A stretch of 64,000 nucleotides of DNA from an uncultured delta proteobacterium (GCA_963810935.1 CAWEPK010000009.1:160001-224000), one strand, 5' to 3'. Positions 1 through 10,091 are shown, counted from the first letter of the stretch. The notes: generated from the letters alone by a model not told the origin. Numbers and translations: made by a program.

Positions 1-1
1 A

Positions 2-613
2 AGCCGGGGTGTAGAGGTCCCTGCCGGAGAGGCGGTCGATAAGCTGCAGGACGTAAATCAAAACGAACCCGACGCAAAACCAGCCGATGAAATTCGAGAT
101 GGGGATGCCGAAGTAGATTCCTTCTTTCGCATAACCGTACATCAGGCCGAGAAACCACCTGTCGCCCCTCAGCGAGACGGGGTCTATAATGATATCGAGG
201 TACATGAAGAAAAGCGCGCCAAGGAGGCGCGCGCCGAAGGAATGCCTTATCTTTTTATTTTCCAGCAGGTAGATGCCGCGTGCCGGGATCGACGGCGCAA
301 TCGCGAGAAGAGCCATCGTGTACGACGCATAGGCGAGGAAGACGAAGCTCATAGAGTCCATGAAAGGCACGCCCAGGACCCACAGCTCCCGGCCCTTCGT
401 CGCGGGGATGTAATAGTAGCTGCCGTACGGTATGCCGTTGTGGATGGACGAGAACTCGGAGGCCCATGCGACAACGTATCCCGCGACCGCAAAGAGAAGC
501 GCCCGCTTCACCCCCAAATGGAGCGAGCAGGCGAGCAGATAAGCCAGAAAAAAGGCCGCGAAGTAAGGCCTGAGCGCGATGGTCCCAAGAAGCTGGCCGA
601 AAAACGCTTCCAT
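2..613 (-). CDS. Carotenoid-biosynthesis-type membrane protein (CruF/DUF422-like), 3' end runs off the window
   Basis: Manual translation from ATG at 613 (overlapping the hpnH stop): MEAFFGQLLGTIALRPYF...SEFSSIHNGIPYGSYYY...LWVLGVPF...GIPISNFIGWF. Multi-TM protein with the E..G.P.G.Y.Y and P.SN..GW motifs of DUF422. Absent from the ORF track because there is no stop in the window. Confidence 0.75.
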   Translation of the reverse strand, partial: MEAFFGQLLGTIALRPYFAAFFLAYLLACSLHLGVKRALLFAVAGYVVAWASEFSSIHNGIPYGSYYYIPATKGRELWVLGVPFMDSMSFVFLAYASYTMALLAIAPSIPARGIYLLENKKIRHSFGARLLGALFFMYLDIIIDPVSLRGDRWFLGLMYGYAKEGIYFGIPISNFIGWFCVGFVLIYVLQLIDRLSGRDLYTPA

Positions 614-1617
614 CAGGAGGGGAGCATGTTCCAGAGCATCAGGCGGAGCATCGACCGGGGACGGGTGAAGACCTCGCGCATCGCCGTCGGCTCGAAGCCG
701 CTGTGCACCATGCAATTCGCGCAGCGGACGTCTCTACCCGGCCCATATGAATCCCAGTCCGTCTTTTTCATAAGCTCGGAAAACGTGGCGAAGTATTCGT
801 CGGTGATGAGGTAGCAGGGCGACTTCCAGCCCAAAGGGTTTCGCGTCGGGCTGCCCCAAGGCGTGCAGGCCATCTGCCTTTTCCCCTCCAGGAAATCGAG
901 GTACAGGGGGGTCCCGGTCATGGGCAGGCCGCGAAAGGCCCTGCGCATCCGCCTGAATTTTCCTGCCGCTTCTTCCTTCGACAGGAAAATACTTTCCGAA
1001 ACACTCTCATACCCGAACGCGGGCGTAACGAGGATGCCGTCAACGCCGATATTCTTCAGGAGTGAGAAAAGGGCGATAATCTCCTGTGCCTCGCTCTCTT
1101 TATAAACGGACGTATTCGTCCATACCCGGAAACCCTTCCGTACCCCTGCCTTTACGGCCTCCAGGCTCGTAGCGAACGAGCCGGACCGGCCCGTTATGCG
1201 GTCGTGGGTGGCTTCCATACCGTCGATATGGAAGCTCAAGGTCAGGCGCGGGTCGGGCTTGGTGGCATCGATGAACGAGGCGGCCAGCAGCCCGTTCGTG
1301 CACAGGTAGACGTGCCGCCTCATGCGGTAAAGGCCCGCCAGGAGAGGCTTCAGGTCCCCGTAAAGCAGCGGCTCGCCGCCCGTAACGGTTACCACGGGCG
1401 CGCCCGACTCGGAGACGGCCGCCAGGCAGTCTTCCAGGGTAAGGTCCGGCGAGCGCCCCTGCTCATAGAGCCTTATCCTGTCGCAGCCTGCACAGCAAAG
1501 GTTGCACCTGTGCGTGGGCTCCAGCATAAGGACCAGGGGGAATTTTCCCCAGCCGGCAATTGCCTTGCTAAAGAAACGGCCCGTAAGGGCTGCGCACAGA
1601 CCGGGCGAAAAGCGCAT
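613..1617 (-). CDS. hpnH: Adenosyl-hopene transferase HpnH (radical SAM)
   Basis: PLVLMLEP..RCNLCCAGC radical SAM motif, CTPWGSPTRNPLGWKSPCYL and RCANCMVHSGFE, all typical of HpnH; in operon with shc. Confidence 0.88.
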   Translation of the reverse strand: MRFSPGLCAALTGRFFSKAIAGWGKFPLVLMLEPTHRCNLCCAGCDRIRLYEQGRSPDLTLEDCLAAVSESGAPVVTVTGGEPLLYGDLKPLLAGLYRMRRHVYLCTNGLLAASFIDATKPDPRLTLSFHIDGMEATHDRITGRSGSFATSLEAVKAGVRKGFRVWTNTSVYKESEAQEIIALFSLLKNIGVDGILVTPAFGYESVSESIFLSKEEAAGKFRRMRRAFRGLPMTGTPLYLDFLEGKRQMACTPWGSPTRNPLGWKSPCYLITDEYFATFSELMKKTDWDSYGPGRDVRCANCMVHSGFEPTAMREVFTRPRSMLRLMLWNMLPS

Positions 1618-1653
1618 ATGCTTGCCTCAGCTTGCTGTATTTTGCATGGTGAA

Positions 1654-2466
1654 TCAGGTATTACCGGCTTTGCCCGTCGTGGCCGTGATGAACGATAGGG
1701 CGTCGTCGAGGGCGTCAAGCTGCAAGTGGGTATTCTTGCAAGGGCCTTCCGGCCTTTTATTCGGTATCGCGAGGACGGGTATCTTCTCCGCCACGTCCTT
1801 GATCCCGCTGATAAGGTCCCTTTCGCACGCTATGGCAAGGATGAGCGAAGGTTTGTACTGCCTGATCGCCCTTCTCGCTTCCTCGCCGCCGGCCGCAGTT
1901 ACGATTTCCACAGCCCTGCCGTTCGTCCGCTCGACCACCTGGCGCCTGGCGTCCTTCTCCAGGCAGCGGGGCAGAAGGACAAGGAGCGTATCCGACCGCA
2001 CTTCCCTGGCGTGGCTCTTCACCATCAAATTGTGGGCCTTAATGAACGAATTGCCTACCCTGTCCCTGCTTATACCCATTTTTCCTCCCAGCCACATGGT
2101 CTTCGAGAGGAGGGACAGGAGGAATTTCGCGCCCCACATATAGGGGAAAATCGATTTCCGGAACTTCAGCAGAAGGGTCGTCTCGACCGCCACAAGGAGC
2201 AATACGATGACGGTCAGAAGAATTGTCGCCCACCCGATAAGGCTCGAAAGAAGCGGGCTCAACTGCTCGAACCTGGGCTTGGCCAGGTACCAGGCTATCT
2301 GGAGGCACGCGAAGAAAATGAGGACGGCCCCGGCAGCGAGCGTGAGGAACGTGCTCAGCTTCTCGTCGATCTCCGCGTCACGCGGATCGCCGTTCCAGTC
2401 GAGCCATTCGTCTCCCAGCCTTCTGTCCGGCGGGCCCTTCTTCTTGTCGCTGTCGTTTTCGTTCAC
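1654..2466 (-). CDS. DUF116 family membrane-anchored protein
   Basis: Two N-terminal TMs, then LLPRCL, AIACERDLISGI and GPCKNT motifs typical of DUF116; overlaps the hpnA stop. Confidence 0.75.
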   Translation of the reverse strand: MNENDSDKKKGPPDRRLGDEWLDWNGDPRDAEIDEKLSTFLTLAAGAVLIFFACLQIAWYLAKPRFEQLSPLLSSLIGWATILLTVIVLLLVAVETTLLLKFRKSIFPYMWGAKFLLSLLSKTMWLGGKMGISRDRVGNSFIKAHNLMVKSHAREVRSDTLLVLLPRCLEKDARRQVVERTNGRAVEIVTAAGGEEARRAIRQYKPSLILAIACERDLISGIKDVAEKIPVLAIPNKRPEGPCKNTHLQLDALDDALSFITATTGKAGNT

Positions 2467-3476
2467 GCTCTACTCCCCGCTGAGCGGCCCTTCACAAATC
2501 CTTTCCGTATATACCATTCTATTGCCTTCCGGGCCGCACTTTCAACTGAATTTTGCGCCATGCCCAGCTTGCGCACTGCCTTCGAGCAGTCGACAAACAT
2601 GTAATGGCGCGCCATTCTGACGCCGTCCAAGGGTATGGCAGGCCTCGTCCTGGTCAGTTTCGACACTACCTCGCTCGCGTGGGCGAGCATAAGCACCGGT
2701 GTGTAAGGGAGCCTCCAGCGGGGCGGTTCTTTCCCCGTCAGGCCGGCTAGTATCCACAAAAATTGCTTGAGCGTCAGGTTCGCGTTCCCCAATATGTACC
2801 TTTCTCCCGGCGTCCCCGCCTCGGAGGCCCTCACGTGCGCCTCCGCGACGTCCTCGACGTCGACGAAATTGAGGCCCGTGTCCAGGTAGGCAGGCATCCT
2901 GCCGTTCAGGAAATCGACTATGATCTTGCCCGTCGGCGTCGGCTTCCTGTCCATGGTCCCTATAGGCGCGGTCGGGTTGACGATCACTACCGGCAACCCC
3001 TTCGCCGCGAAGCCCCTCACCTCTTTTTCGGCAAGGAATTTCGACCTTTTGTAGTGACCCGTCATATCCTCCAGGCGGGCCTGCGTCTCCTCGTCGGCCG
3101 GCGCACCGTTTTTTGCGGCTGCCAGCACGCCCACCGTGCTCGTATAGACCACCTTCGAAACCCCGGCGGCAAGGGCCGCCCGCATCACGTTGACGGCGCC
3201 CCCCACGTTGATATCGTACATGCTGCCCGGATCGGGCACCCAGAGCCGGTAATCCGCGGCGACGTGATAGACCTCGTCGCAGCCTTTTTCAGCCCTGCAT
3301 ACTGCCTCGTAGTCGCGAAGGTCACCCCGGACCGGCTCTACTTCGAGGGCCAGAAGCTCCGACACGTCTGCACCCTCCCTTGCGAGGGCGCGCACGGCCA
3401 GCCCTTTATCCTTTAGCGCCTTCGCTACGTGGTACCCGATGAAACCGGTTGCCCCCGTGACTAAGGCACGCTTCAT
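2463..3476 (-). CDS. hpnA: Hopanoid-associated NAD-dependent sugar epimerase HpnA
   Basis: VTGATGFIG, HVAADYRLW, YKRSK, PTPTGKIIVDFLNGRMPAY; directly downstream of shc. Confidence 0.9.
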   Translation of the reverse strand: MKRALVTGATGFIGYHVAKALKDKGLAVRALAREGADVSELLALEVEPVRGDLRDYEAVCRAEKGCDEVYHVAADYRLWVPDPGSMYDINVGGAVNVMRAALAAGVSKVVYTSTVGVLAAAKNGAPADEETQARLEDMTGHYKRSKFLAEKEVRGFAAKGLPVVIVNPTAPIGTMDRKPTPTGKIIVDFLNGRMPAYLDTGLNFVDVEDVAEAHVRASEAGTPGERYILGNANLTLKQFLWILAGLTGKEPPRWRLPYTPVLMLAHASEVVSKLTRTRPAIPLDGVRMARHYMFVDCSKAVRKLGMAQNSVESAARKAIEWYIRKGFVKGRSAGSRA

Positions 3477-5467
3477 TATTCCTTCTCAGGCTCGCTCGAG
3501 GGGAATGCGCCCGTTTGGACAACCGAGAGGAACCGGCCCAGGGCCATGCAGGGGAAGCAGTTCCGGTAATTATGATACTTTATCATAAAGTGCTTCGGAA
3601 AACCTGTGGCCGTAAAGTCTTCCTCTTCCCATGTGCCGTCGGGCGCCTGCATGTCGAGCAGGAACCGCACCCCCTCGGCCGCTTCCGGGCACGCGGCTTC
3701 TCCGGCCGCTATAAGGGCCATCAACACCCAGGCGGTCTGTGACGCAGTGCTCTTCCAGCTCATCCTCGCTCTCGGGTTCGTATAGGATTCGCAGGCCTCG
3801 CCCCATCCGCCGTCGGGGTTCTGCCACCTTTTCAGCTCATCTACCGCCCTTCTCACGTATGGCTTCGTCATGTCTTCGCCTATGGAGCTCAAGCCGGCAA
3901 GGACCGACCACGTACCATACAGGTAATTGACGCCCCACCTGCCCCACCAGAGGCTGTCCTTCTCCTGCGTTTTCATGAGAAACTTTATGGCGGCCCTGAC
4001 TACGTCATCGGAGAGGGAATAGCCTGCGCAGCCGAGCAGCTCCAGGACGCGCCCGGTGATATCGGGCGTGCTCGGATCAATCATGGCCTCGAGGTCCCCG
4101 AACGGTATCTGGTTGAGCACATCCACGTTGTTGTCTACGTCGAAGGCGCCCCATCCTCCGTCCTTCCCCTGCATGCCGAGCACCCAGTCTATGGCCCTTT
4201 TATAATTCTCCGACGTGAGGAACTTCTCCCGGCCGCATTTGTTGAGCAGCATGAGCACTACGGCCGTGTCGTCCACGTCCGGGTACCAGTTGTTGACGAA
4301 CTCGAAGGCCCACCCGCCCGGCTCCAGATCGGGTCTTTTTACGCTCCAGTCGCCCTTTTTGAATATCTGCTTGTCGGCCAGCCACCTGCATGCGCTTTCC
4401 ATAGCGGGATTTTCTCGCTTCAGGCCCGAAGAGGTGAGGGCAAGGGCGGTAAGTGCCGTGTCCCACACCGGGGAGATGCACGACTGAAGGAGCATCTCGT
4501 TCTCCCGCTCGATGGTGAACCTTTCCAGCGCGTCGAACCCTTTTTTGACGGGCTCATAGGAAAGGTCGTGCCCCTGAACGAGGAGGGCGAGGATGGAGTT
4601 GACCATGGCCGGCTGGATGCCGCCCCAGTCACCGGTCTCTTCCTGGTGCTCGCGCACCCAGTTCAGCGCCTGCTTCAGGCCCTTTTCCCTGAACGACCTC
4701 AGCTTGCTTTCCTCCACCGCCTTAATCAGCCGGTCGAGCTGGCTGAAGAAGCGCTTCCAGGAAAGCAGGGGCTCGCGCTTCTTGCGCGCCTTGTTCCTCG
4801 GGTCCTGCGCGAACAGCTCCTGCACGCCCCGGCTGTCCTGCACCGCCCTTACGGGTTTGGCGTCCAGGACGATAGACAGCGGGACAAACGTGGCCCGCGC
4901 CCAACTGGAGAAATTATAGATGTTGATGGGGAACCATGGGGGCAGCAGCACGATCTCGACGGGTACCGAGGGGATGGCCTTCCAATCGTACTGTCCGAAG
5001 AGGCCGAGGAATATCTTCGTGAAAAACCTCGTCTCCGACGGGCCGCCGCATGCCATTATAAACTCGCGGGCGCGGGTCATGCGCAAATCGTGTGCAGGCA
5101 CACCGGCCAGCTTGAGGGCAAAGTACGCCTCCACGCTGGTGCTGATGTCGCCCTTGCCGCCTTTGTATATCGCCCACGTCCCATCGGGCCTTTGCTGCCT
5201 GAGGATATAGTTCGCGATCTTCACGTCCCGCTCGTGGTCGACGAGCCCGGCGAAATGGAGAAGCATAAGGTATTCCGCCGTTATGGTCACGTTCGATTCC
5301 AGCTCGAACCACCAGTAACCTTCTTCGTTCTGGCTGCGGAGAAAATATTCGGCCGTCCTGTCGACTGCTTGCGACACCCGGTTCACAAAATCGCCGGCGT
5401 CCACGCCTTCGGGTCTGACGTCAGGTCCGTTCGACAGGCGACTAACATTATCGATGAGCATATGCAA
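3476..5467 (-). CDS. shc: Squalene-hopene cyclase
   Basis: Catalytic DVDDTA motif, multiple QW repeats (QNEEGYW, QRPDGTW, QGKDGGW, QNPDGGW), SPVWDT, WGVNYLYGT. Confidence 0.97.
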   Translation of the reverse strand: MHMLIDNVSRLSNGPDVRPEGVDAGDFVNRVSQAVDRTAEYFLRSQNEEGYWWFELESNVTITAEYLMLLHFAGLVDHERDVKIANYILRQQRPDGTWAIYKGGKGDISTSVEAYFALKLAGVPAHDLRMTRAREFIMACGGPSETRFFTKIFLGLFGQYDWKAIPSVPVEIVLLPPWFPINIYNFSSWARATFVPLSIVLDAKPVRAVQDSRGVQELFAQDPRNKARKKREPLLSWKRFFSQLDRLIKAVEESKLRSFREKGLKQALNWVREHQEETGDWGGIQPAMVNSILALLVQGHDLSYEPVKKGFDALERFTIERENEMLLQSCISPVWDTALTALALTSSGLKRENPAMESACRWLADKQIFKKGDWSVKRPDLEPGGWAFEFVNNWYPDVDDTAVVLMLLNKCGREKFLTSENYKRAIDWVLGMQGKDGGWGAFDVDNNVDVLNQIPFGDLEAMIDPSTPDITGRVLELLGCAGYSLSDDVVRAAIKFLMKTQEKDSLWWGRWGVNYLYGTWSVLAGLSSIGEDMTKPYVRRAVDELKRWQNPDGGWGEACESYTNPRARMSWKSTASQTAWVLMALIAAGEAACPEAAEGVRFLLDMQAPDGTWEEEDFTATGFPKHFMIKYHNYRNCFPCMALGRFLSVVQTGAFPSSEPEKE

Positions 5468-5499
5468 AGAGGTCCTCGCTAAAGTACGCTATTTCACCA

Positions 5500-5943
5500 T
5501 TAAGGTGTTGGGCTTCCCGGCCCCCGGTCTTCCAATGACACGCTCCTCGAGGTCTTTGTCTGGGCCTGCGCGGTCCGTTGACGGCCCTCTTCCATCGCGA
5601 CAAGCGCTGTTCCTATAACGATCACGATGATACCCGTCCACCGCAGCAATGATATCTGCTCCTTCAGGAAAAACTTGGCCAGGACCGCAGCAAAGAGATA
5701 GGAGAGCGCAGTAAGGGGCATGACGTAGCTAAGATCCGCCCAGGAGAGCGCCAGGAGGTATAGAAAAAAGAAGCAGGCTGCGAAAAACACCCCGATGAGT
5801 ACGATCGGGTTCGTAGCCACTAGTGCAAACCACCTGAAGAACGACGCATTTTCCAGGCCTATCTGCTTCATGCCGAAGCTGAGAAACGACTCTCCAACCG
5901 CCGTGCACATGGTTGCGATCAAAACTACCACTAATGTTTTCAT
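5500..5943 (-). CDS. EamA/SMR-like small transporter (hopanoid cluster)
   Basis: Four hydrophobic helices, ALSWADLSYVMPLTALSY and FLKEQIS..RW.G motifs of EamA/ArnE-like proteins. Confidence 0.8.
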   Translation of the reverse strand: MKTLVVVLIATMCTAVGESFLSFGMKQIGLENASFFRWFALVATNPIVLIGVFFAACFFFLYLLALSWADLSYVMPLTALSYLFAAVLAKFFLKEQISLLRWTGIIVIVIGTALVAMEEGRQRTAQAQTKTSRSVSLEDRGPGSPTP

Positions 5944-6872
5944 GCAGGCGCTGCCCCTTCCGCAGCAGACGCCAGGTATCCCCTCGGACCCGAAAGCGCC
6001 CTGAAGCCGACCGGCGTGAGGCCCAGGGCTTTCACCCTGTCCCTTATCCTGCCCGATCTTACCGCACCGGCCTCCAACGAACCGCCGGGGGTTGCCGTAT
6101 CGGGATGTAAATATATCTCGCTCGTCGCGCCCCGCAGGTGCGGCAGGACGGCAAGCAGGTAACCCTCGCTTATTCTTCCCGACCCTGACAGCCCGAAAAC
6201 GTTGTCCGCCGCGCAGAGTCCCAGCCCTTGCGCAACCCGCAGGCCGCGCACCGCAAGGAGCCTGAACACGAGCCAGGCAACGAACGCACGCGCATCGAGC
6301 CGCGGCCCGTGCAGCCTAACGACAAAGCTCAAAGGCTCTCGCGGTATCCTCAACCAGGCGACGTTCCTATCGGCCGCCTGTCTGGCGATGATATCGAACA
6401 GGAGAGGATGCATGTGAAGGTGATGGTGGCAATCCACATGCGCCGGGCGGATGCCTGCCGCCTCTACTTTGTCGAACTGCGCCTTCACCTCCGCCTCTAC
6501 CTGGCCGGCTATCGACCTTCTCAACCTCCAGTATGCGACCCCGGCACTGAAGGGGGTGCGCCGGAAAAAACCGCTTTCATCGACGAGGTCCGGGACGGCC
6601 GAACGGGGCAGCACGGAGCGGCAGTCGGACAGCGTAACGTGGATCCCTACCGAAAGCTCCGGCGTCCGGGCGGCGATGGAGACCGCCTCGTCGAAGGCGT
6701 CTCCGCCTGCCATTATGCTTGCCGACGTAAGCACGCCCAGGCCGCAGGCAGCCAAAACAGCCTGGTTGAGAGAGCCGGAGCGACCAAAATCGTCGGCCGT
6801 CACTACGAGATATCTTTTGTCGGCTGACGTCGTAGCGATACCCCTATCCCTTTCCGCCATGCCGCCTTCCAT
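5940..6872 (-). CDS. hpnK: Hopanoid-associated YdjC/ChbG-family deacetylase HpnK
   Basis: VTADDFG, HVDCHHHLHMHP, EIYLHP; lies between hpnJ and shc. Confidence 0.85.
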   Translation of the reverse strand: MEGGMAERDRGIATTSADKRYLVVTADDFGRSGSLNQAVLAACGLGVLTSASIMAGGDAFDEAVSIAARTPELSVGIHVTLSDCRSVLPRSAVPDLVDESGFFRRTPFSAGVAYWRLRRSIAGQVEAEVKAQFDKVEAAGIRPAHVDCHHHLHMHPLLFDIIARQAADRNVAWLRIPREPLSFVVRLHGPRLDARAFVAWLVFRLLAVRGLRVAQGLGLCAADNVFGLSGSGRISEGYLLAVLPHLRGATSEIYLHPDTATPGGSLEAGAVRSGRIRDRVKALGLTPVGFRALSGPRGYLASAAEGAAPA

Positions 6873-8288
6873 TCACGCGGCAGCCTTTCGCTTCGCCATG
6901 AAGGAAAAAAATTCTCTCCCTTCCCTGATCCGCCGGGCAAACTCGTGCCTGTCCTTCAGCATATCTTTGAGGATGCGCATGATAGGGCCGGGCCGCAGGT
7001 AGAAGCGCCGGTAGAAAAGCTCGACTGTATCGAATATCTCTTCGCTCGAAAGCCAGGGGTACGACATGACGGAATTCTGGATCCCGTCCGTCACCAGCCC
7101 CGCGCCTTCTCCGGTAAGCCACCCTTCACTCCTCGCCTGGTCGTAAAGCACCGTTCCGGGATAGGGGGCGGCAAGCGAAACCTGTAAGCTGTAAGGGTCG
7201 ATCTCCCGCGCGAATTCCATTGTCTCCGCCATGGTCTCCCGCGTCTCGCCGGGGAGCCCCAGGATAAACGTGGCATGGATACGGACGCCCGCCTTTGCGG
7301 CCGCCTTTGCGAACTTGTGCGCGCCTTCAAGACTGATCCCCTTCCTGATGTTGTTCAATATCTTCTGGTTGCCCGATTCGAAGCCCACGGTCAGCAGGCG
7401 CAGCCCGTTCTCTTTCAGCACGTTAAGCGTCTTTTCCGACACGTTCGCCCTTGCGTTGCATGACCATGTGATGCCGAGCGTGCCTATCTTGCGGGCGAGA
7501 TATTCCAGACCGGGATGGTCGGTCAGCGTGTCGTCGTCGAAGAAGAATTCCTTCACCTGCGGGAAGAGGGCCTTGGCGAGGGACATCTCTTCGAAGATGT
7601 TGTCTACGCTCCGCACCCTGTAAACGCCTCCCCCTATCGTCTGCGGCCAGAGGCAGTACGTACAGCGGCCCCGGCAGCCGCGCCCCGCGTAGACCGAGAC
7701 GTAGGGATGCATGAGATACCCTATGAAGTAATTCTCTATCTTCAGGTCCCTGGCGTAAACCTGACTGACGAAAGGAAGGCGGTCGAGGTCCTCGATAAGC
7801 GGCCTGCGACCGGTGTTCTCGAAAGACCCGTTTGACCGGAAGACGATGCCCGCCACGTCGCGGAGCGGCTTCTCCTTCGCGATCTCTACGATTGCGTCGT
7901 CGAACTCCCCGACGGCCACGAAGTCTACCGCGGGCGCATTCTTCAGACTTTCTTCAGGGAAAACCGTTACGTGCGGCCCGACCATACCCACAGTGACGGC
8001 TGGGTATGATTCCTTGAACGTTCGGGCAAGCTCCGCGTCGTGCTCGAACGTAGCCGTGCCCGTATGTATGACGATTAGCTCGTAGCCTTGCGCGCTGCGG
8101 ACCGTCTCCTCGCGCGTCATGCCGTCGGCCGACGCGTCGAGCAGCCTTGATCCTTCTATCATTCCCGCAGGGTAGGCGAGCCAGGTGGGGTACCAGAACG
8201 AGCGGACTTCGCGGCATGCCTGATAGCGCGAGCCTGCACTACCGTCGAAGCCCTTGAAAGAGGGTGGGTTGAGTAAAAGGGTTCGCAT
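6873..8288 (-). CDS. hpnJ: Hopanoid radical SAM protein HpnJ (B12-binding radical SAM)
   Basis: LNPPSFKGFDGSAGSRYQA..EVRSFWYPTWLA N-terminus; GRGCRGRCTYCLWPQT. Confidence 0.92.
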   Translation of the reverse strand: MRTLLLNPPSFKGFDGSAGSRYQACREVRSFWYPTWLAYPAGMIEGSRLLDASADGMTREETVRSAQGYELIVIHTGTATFEHDAELARTFKESYPAVTVGMVGPHVTVFPEESLKNAPAVDFVAVGEFDDAIVEIAKEKPLRDVAGIVFRSNGSFENTGRRPLIEDLDRLPFVSQVYARDLKIENYFIGYLMHPYVSVYAGRGCRGRCTYCLWPQTIGGGVYRVRSVDNIFEEMSLAKALFPQVKEFFFDDDTLTDHPGLEYLARKIGTLGITWSCNARANVSEKTLNVLKENGLRLLTVGFESGNQKILNNIRKGISLEGAHKFAKAAAKAGVRIHATFILGLPGETRETMAETMEFAREIDPYSLQVSLAAPYPGTVLYDQARSEGWLTGEGAGLVTDGIQNSVMSYPWLSSEEIFDTVELFYRRFYLRPGPIMRILKDMLKDRHEFARRIREGREFFSFMAKRKAAA

Positions 8289-8620
8289 TTTTATAAATAG
8301 ACTCTAAGCGTCTCCAGGTCACGCTGCTGCCCGGCCGGCTCACTCTCTTATTTTCATCATCTTGCAATATTTCGTCAACCAGTATAGCTAAAAACCGATG
8401 CGGGACAACGCATTTGGCCACCTCTTCTTCCCGATAGCACGGGGCACGGGACGAAGTATATCCGGATATTTTAGTCGAGTTTGTTAAGAGTGTCAACGAA
8501 AACCGGCAAAACGGGCCGTAAAAAGAGGGGTTTGCGGGATTGCGGCGGCATGATCTCGATCGGTCCGGGGCCTGTAATTATATTCACTCCATGCAACGGG
8601 AAAGCAGTTTTTAAATGCCG

Positions 8621-9856
8621 CTATCCATCACGTTGCCTCCTCTTGCGGCCCCGTTCCAAGGTCTCCGGAAGAAAACAGAGCACGACGACGCCCAACAGGT
8701 TGATAACGCACGTGACCGCAAGGCCGTGCGCAAGGCCGTGCGCCTTCCCTATATAGCCTATTGTATACGGCGCGACTACCGCGCCTATGCGCCCCGCGTT
8801 CCAGCAAAAGCCGCCCGCGTACGCGCGCAGGTGCTCGGGGAAAAGCTCTGCGTAGTAAGCGCCGGCGGCCGCCGCCACCCCGCTCACCCCTATGCCGACA
8901 ACCCCGCCCCACAAGAACAGGAAAACGGGGTTGCGGAAGACGATGTAGACAGCGACCGACCCGGAGACGAGCACGAATGCCGCCATCATCGCGGGCCTCC
9001 GCCCGACCTTGTCCGCCATCACCCCGAAAATCTGGAAGCCCGCGAACATACCCCCGTACATGAATAGCGAGAAATTGGCCATAGCGGAGAGCGAAAGCCC
9101 TCTCTCCATGACGAGGAACGTCGGCACCCAGTAGGCCACCCCCCAGTATCCGGCGAGGTTGAAGACGCTCACGAGGGTTGCGAGGATCGTGGTCTTGATC
9201 AATTTCCTCCCGAAGATCGCGCCTATGCCGACGCCTTTTTCCGCAGGCTTTTGCACGCTCGCGCGTGTCGCTTTGCCGGATGGGATGAGCCGGGCAACGA
9301 CCAGGGCAAGGGGTATCGAGCATGCGCCCGCGGCAAAAAGGAGGCGCCAGTTCATGCCGAGCACCAGCCTGCCCACGAGCGAGGCGACCACGGCGCCGAT
9401 TGCGAAGCTGCTGTAAACGAAGGACGCGGCCCTTGCGCGGAAAGCAGGCGCCCAGTGTTCCGCCACGAGTGCCGAGCAAGGCCCCCAGAGGCCGCCGATA
9501 GCGAGGCCGGTTAAGAACCTGAGGACCATCCACTGGCCCCAGCCGGACACAAAAGCGACGGCCCCCATGCCTGCGCCGAGCCAGACGAGCGACAGGATGA
9601 GGGCGAACCGACTGCTCCTGTTCTCCGCGAGCAGCCCGAAGACCACCGAGCCCGCGATTGCCCCGAGCATGGTGGCAGACCCCAGGAGCCCACCTTCCGG
9701 CAGTGAGATGGCGAGCACTTTGAGGAGCACGGGCATGGCGATGGCCAGGACTATGAGGTCGTAGCTATCAACCAGGTATGAAAAAAAGGCGGCCCATAGT
9801 ACGCACCACCGGTAACCGGTTCCCGGAAAGGCCGGCTGTCCGTCTTTCACTTCCAT
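8621..9856 (-). CDS. MFS transporter, probably for thiamine or a thiamine precursor (TPP-riboswitch controlled)
   Basis: 12-TM MFS with DSYD, ADKVGRRP, AELFPEHLRA and LPET motifs; AAGGAG RBS; TPP riboswitch directly upstream. Confidence 0.85.
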   Translation of the reverse strand: MEVKDGQPAFPGTGYRWCVLWAAFFSYLVDSYDLIVLAIAMPVLLKVLAISLPEGGLLGSATMLGAIAGSVVFGLLAENRSSRFALILSLVWLGAGMGAVAFVSGWGQWMVLRFLTGLAIGGLWGPCSALVAEHWAPAFRARAASFVYSSFAIGAVVASLVGRLVLGMNWRLLFAAGACSIPLALVVARLIPSGKATRASVQKPAEKGVGIGAIFGRKLIKTTILATLVSVFNLAGYWGVAYWVPTFLVMERGLSLSAMANFSLFMYGGMFAGFQIFGVMADKVGRRPAMMAAFVLVSGSVAVYIVFRNPVFLFLWGGVVGIGVSGVAAAAGAYYAELFPEHLRAYAGGFCWNAGRIGAVVAPYTIGYIGKAHGLAHGLAVTCVINLLGVVVLCFLPETLERGRKRRQRDG

Positions 9857-9892
9857 TTAGCTCCTTCCAATTTACGCGCGGCCTTTCAATGC

Positions 9893-9929
9893 AAAAAGCC
9901 GCCGGCTTACGTTAATACCGGCGGCTTTT
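9893..9929 (-). terminator. Intrinsic terminator (riboswitch expression platform)
   Basis: Minus strand AAAAGCCGCCGG-loop-CCGGCGGCTTTTT between the aptamer and the MFS start. Confidence 0.8.
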
Positions 9930-9944
9930 ATGGACTCATTCGTT

Positions 9945-10038
9945 TTGCTTCCCTGCGCCGGCATTATCCGACAGGTTCGAGGGGTCATCCCGCACATCGC
10001 GCGCGGAGTTTCTCAGCTTATTTAAGCTCCCCCAGCAG
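9945..10038 (-). ncRNA. TPP (thi-box) riboswitch
   Basis: Minus strand: GGGGAGC...GCTGAGA...GACCC.TCGAACCTG.CGGATAATGCCGGCGCAGGGAAG, matching the TPP consensus elements. Confidence 0.93.
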
Positions 10039-10091
10039 TATGTATGGAGTTATCTTACAACACGTTCCGTCCCGTAATCAAGAAAACGCGC

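Noticed and set aside
9945..10038. Molybdenum-cofactor riboswitch (suggested by the adjacent mop gene)
   Set aside because: Sequence matches TPP consensus elements and lies downstream of mop, upstream of the MFS gene
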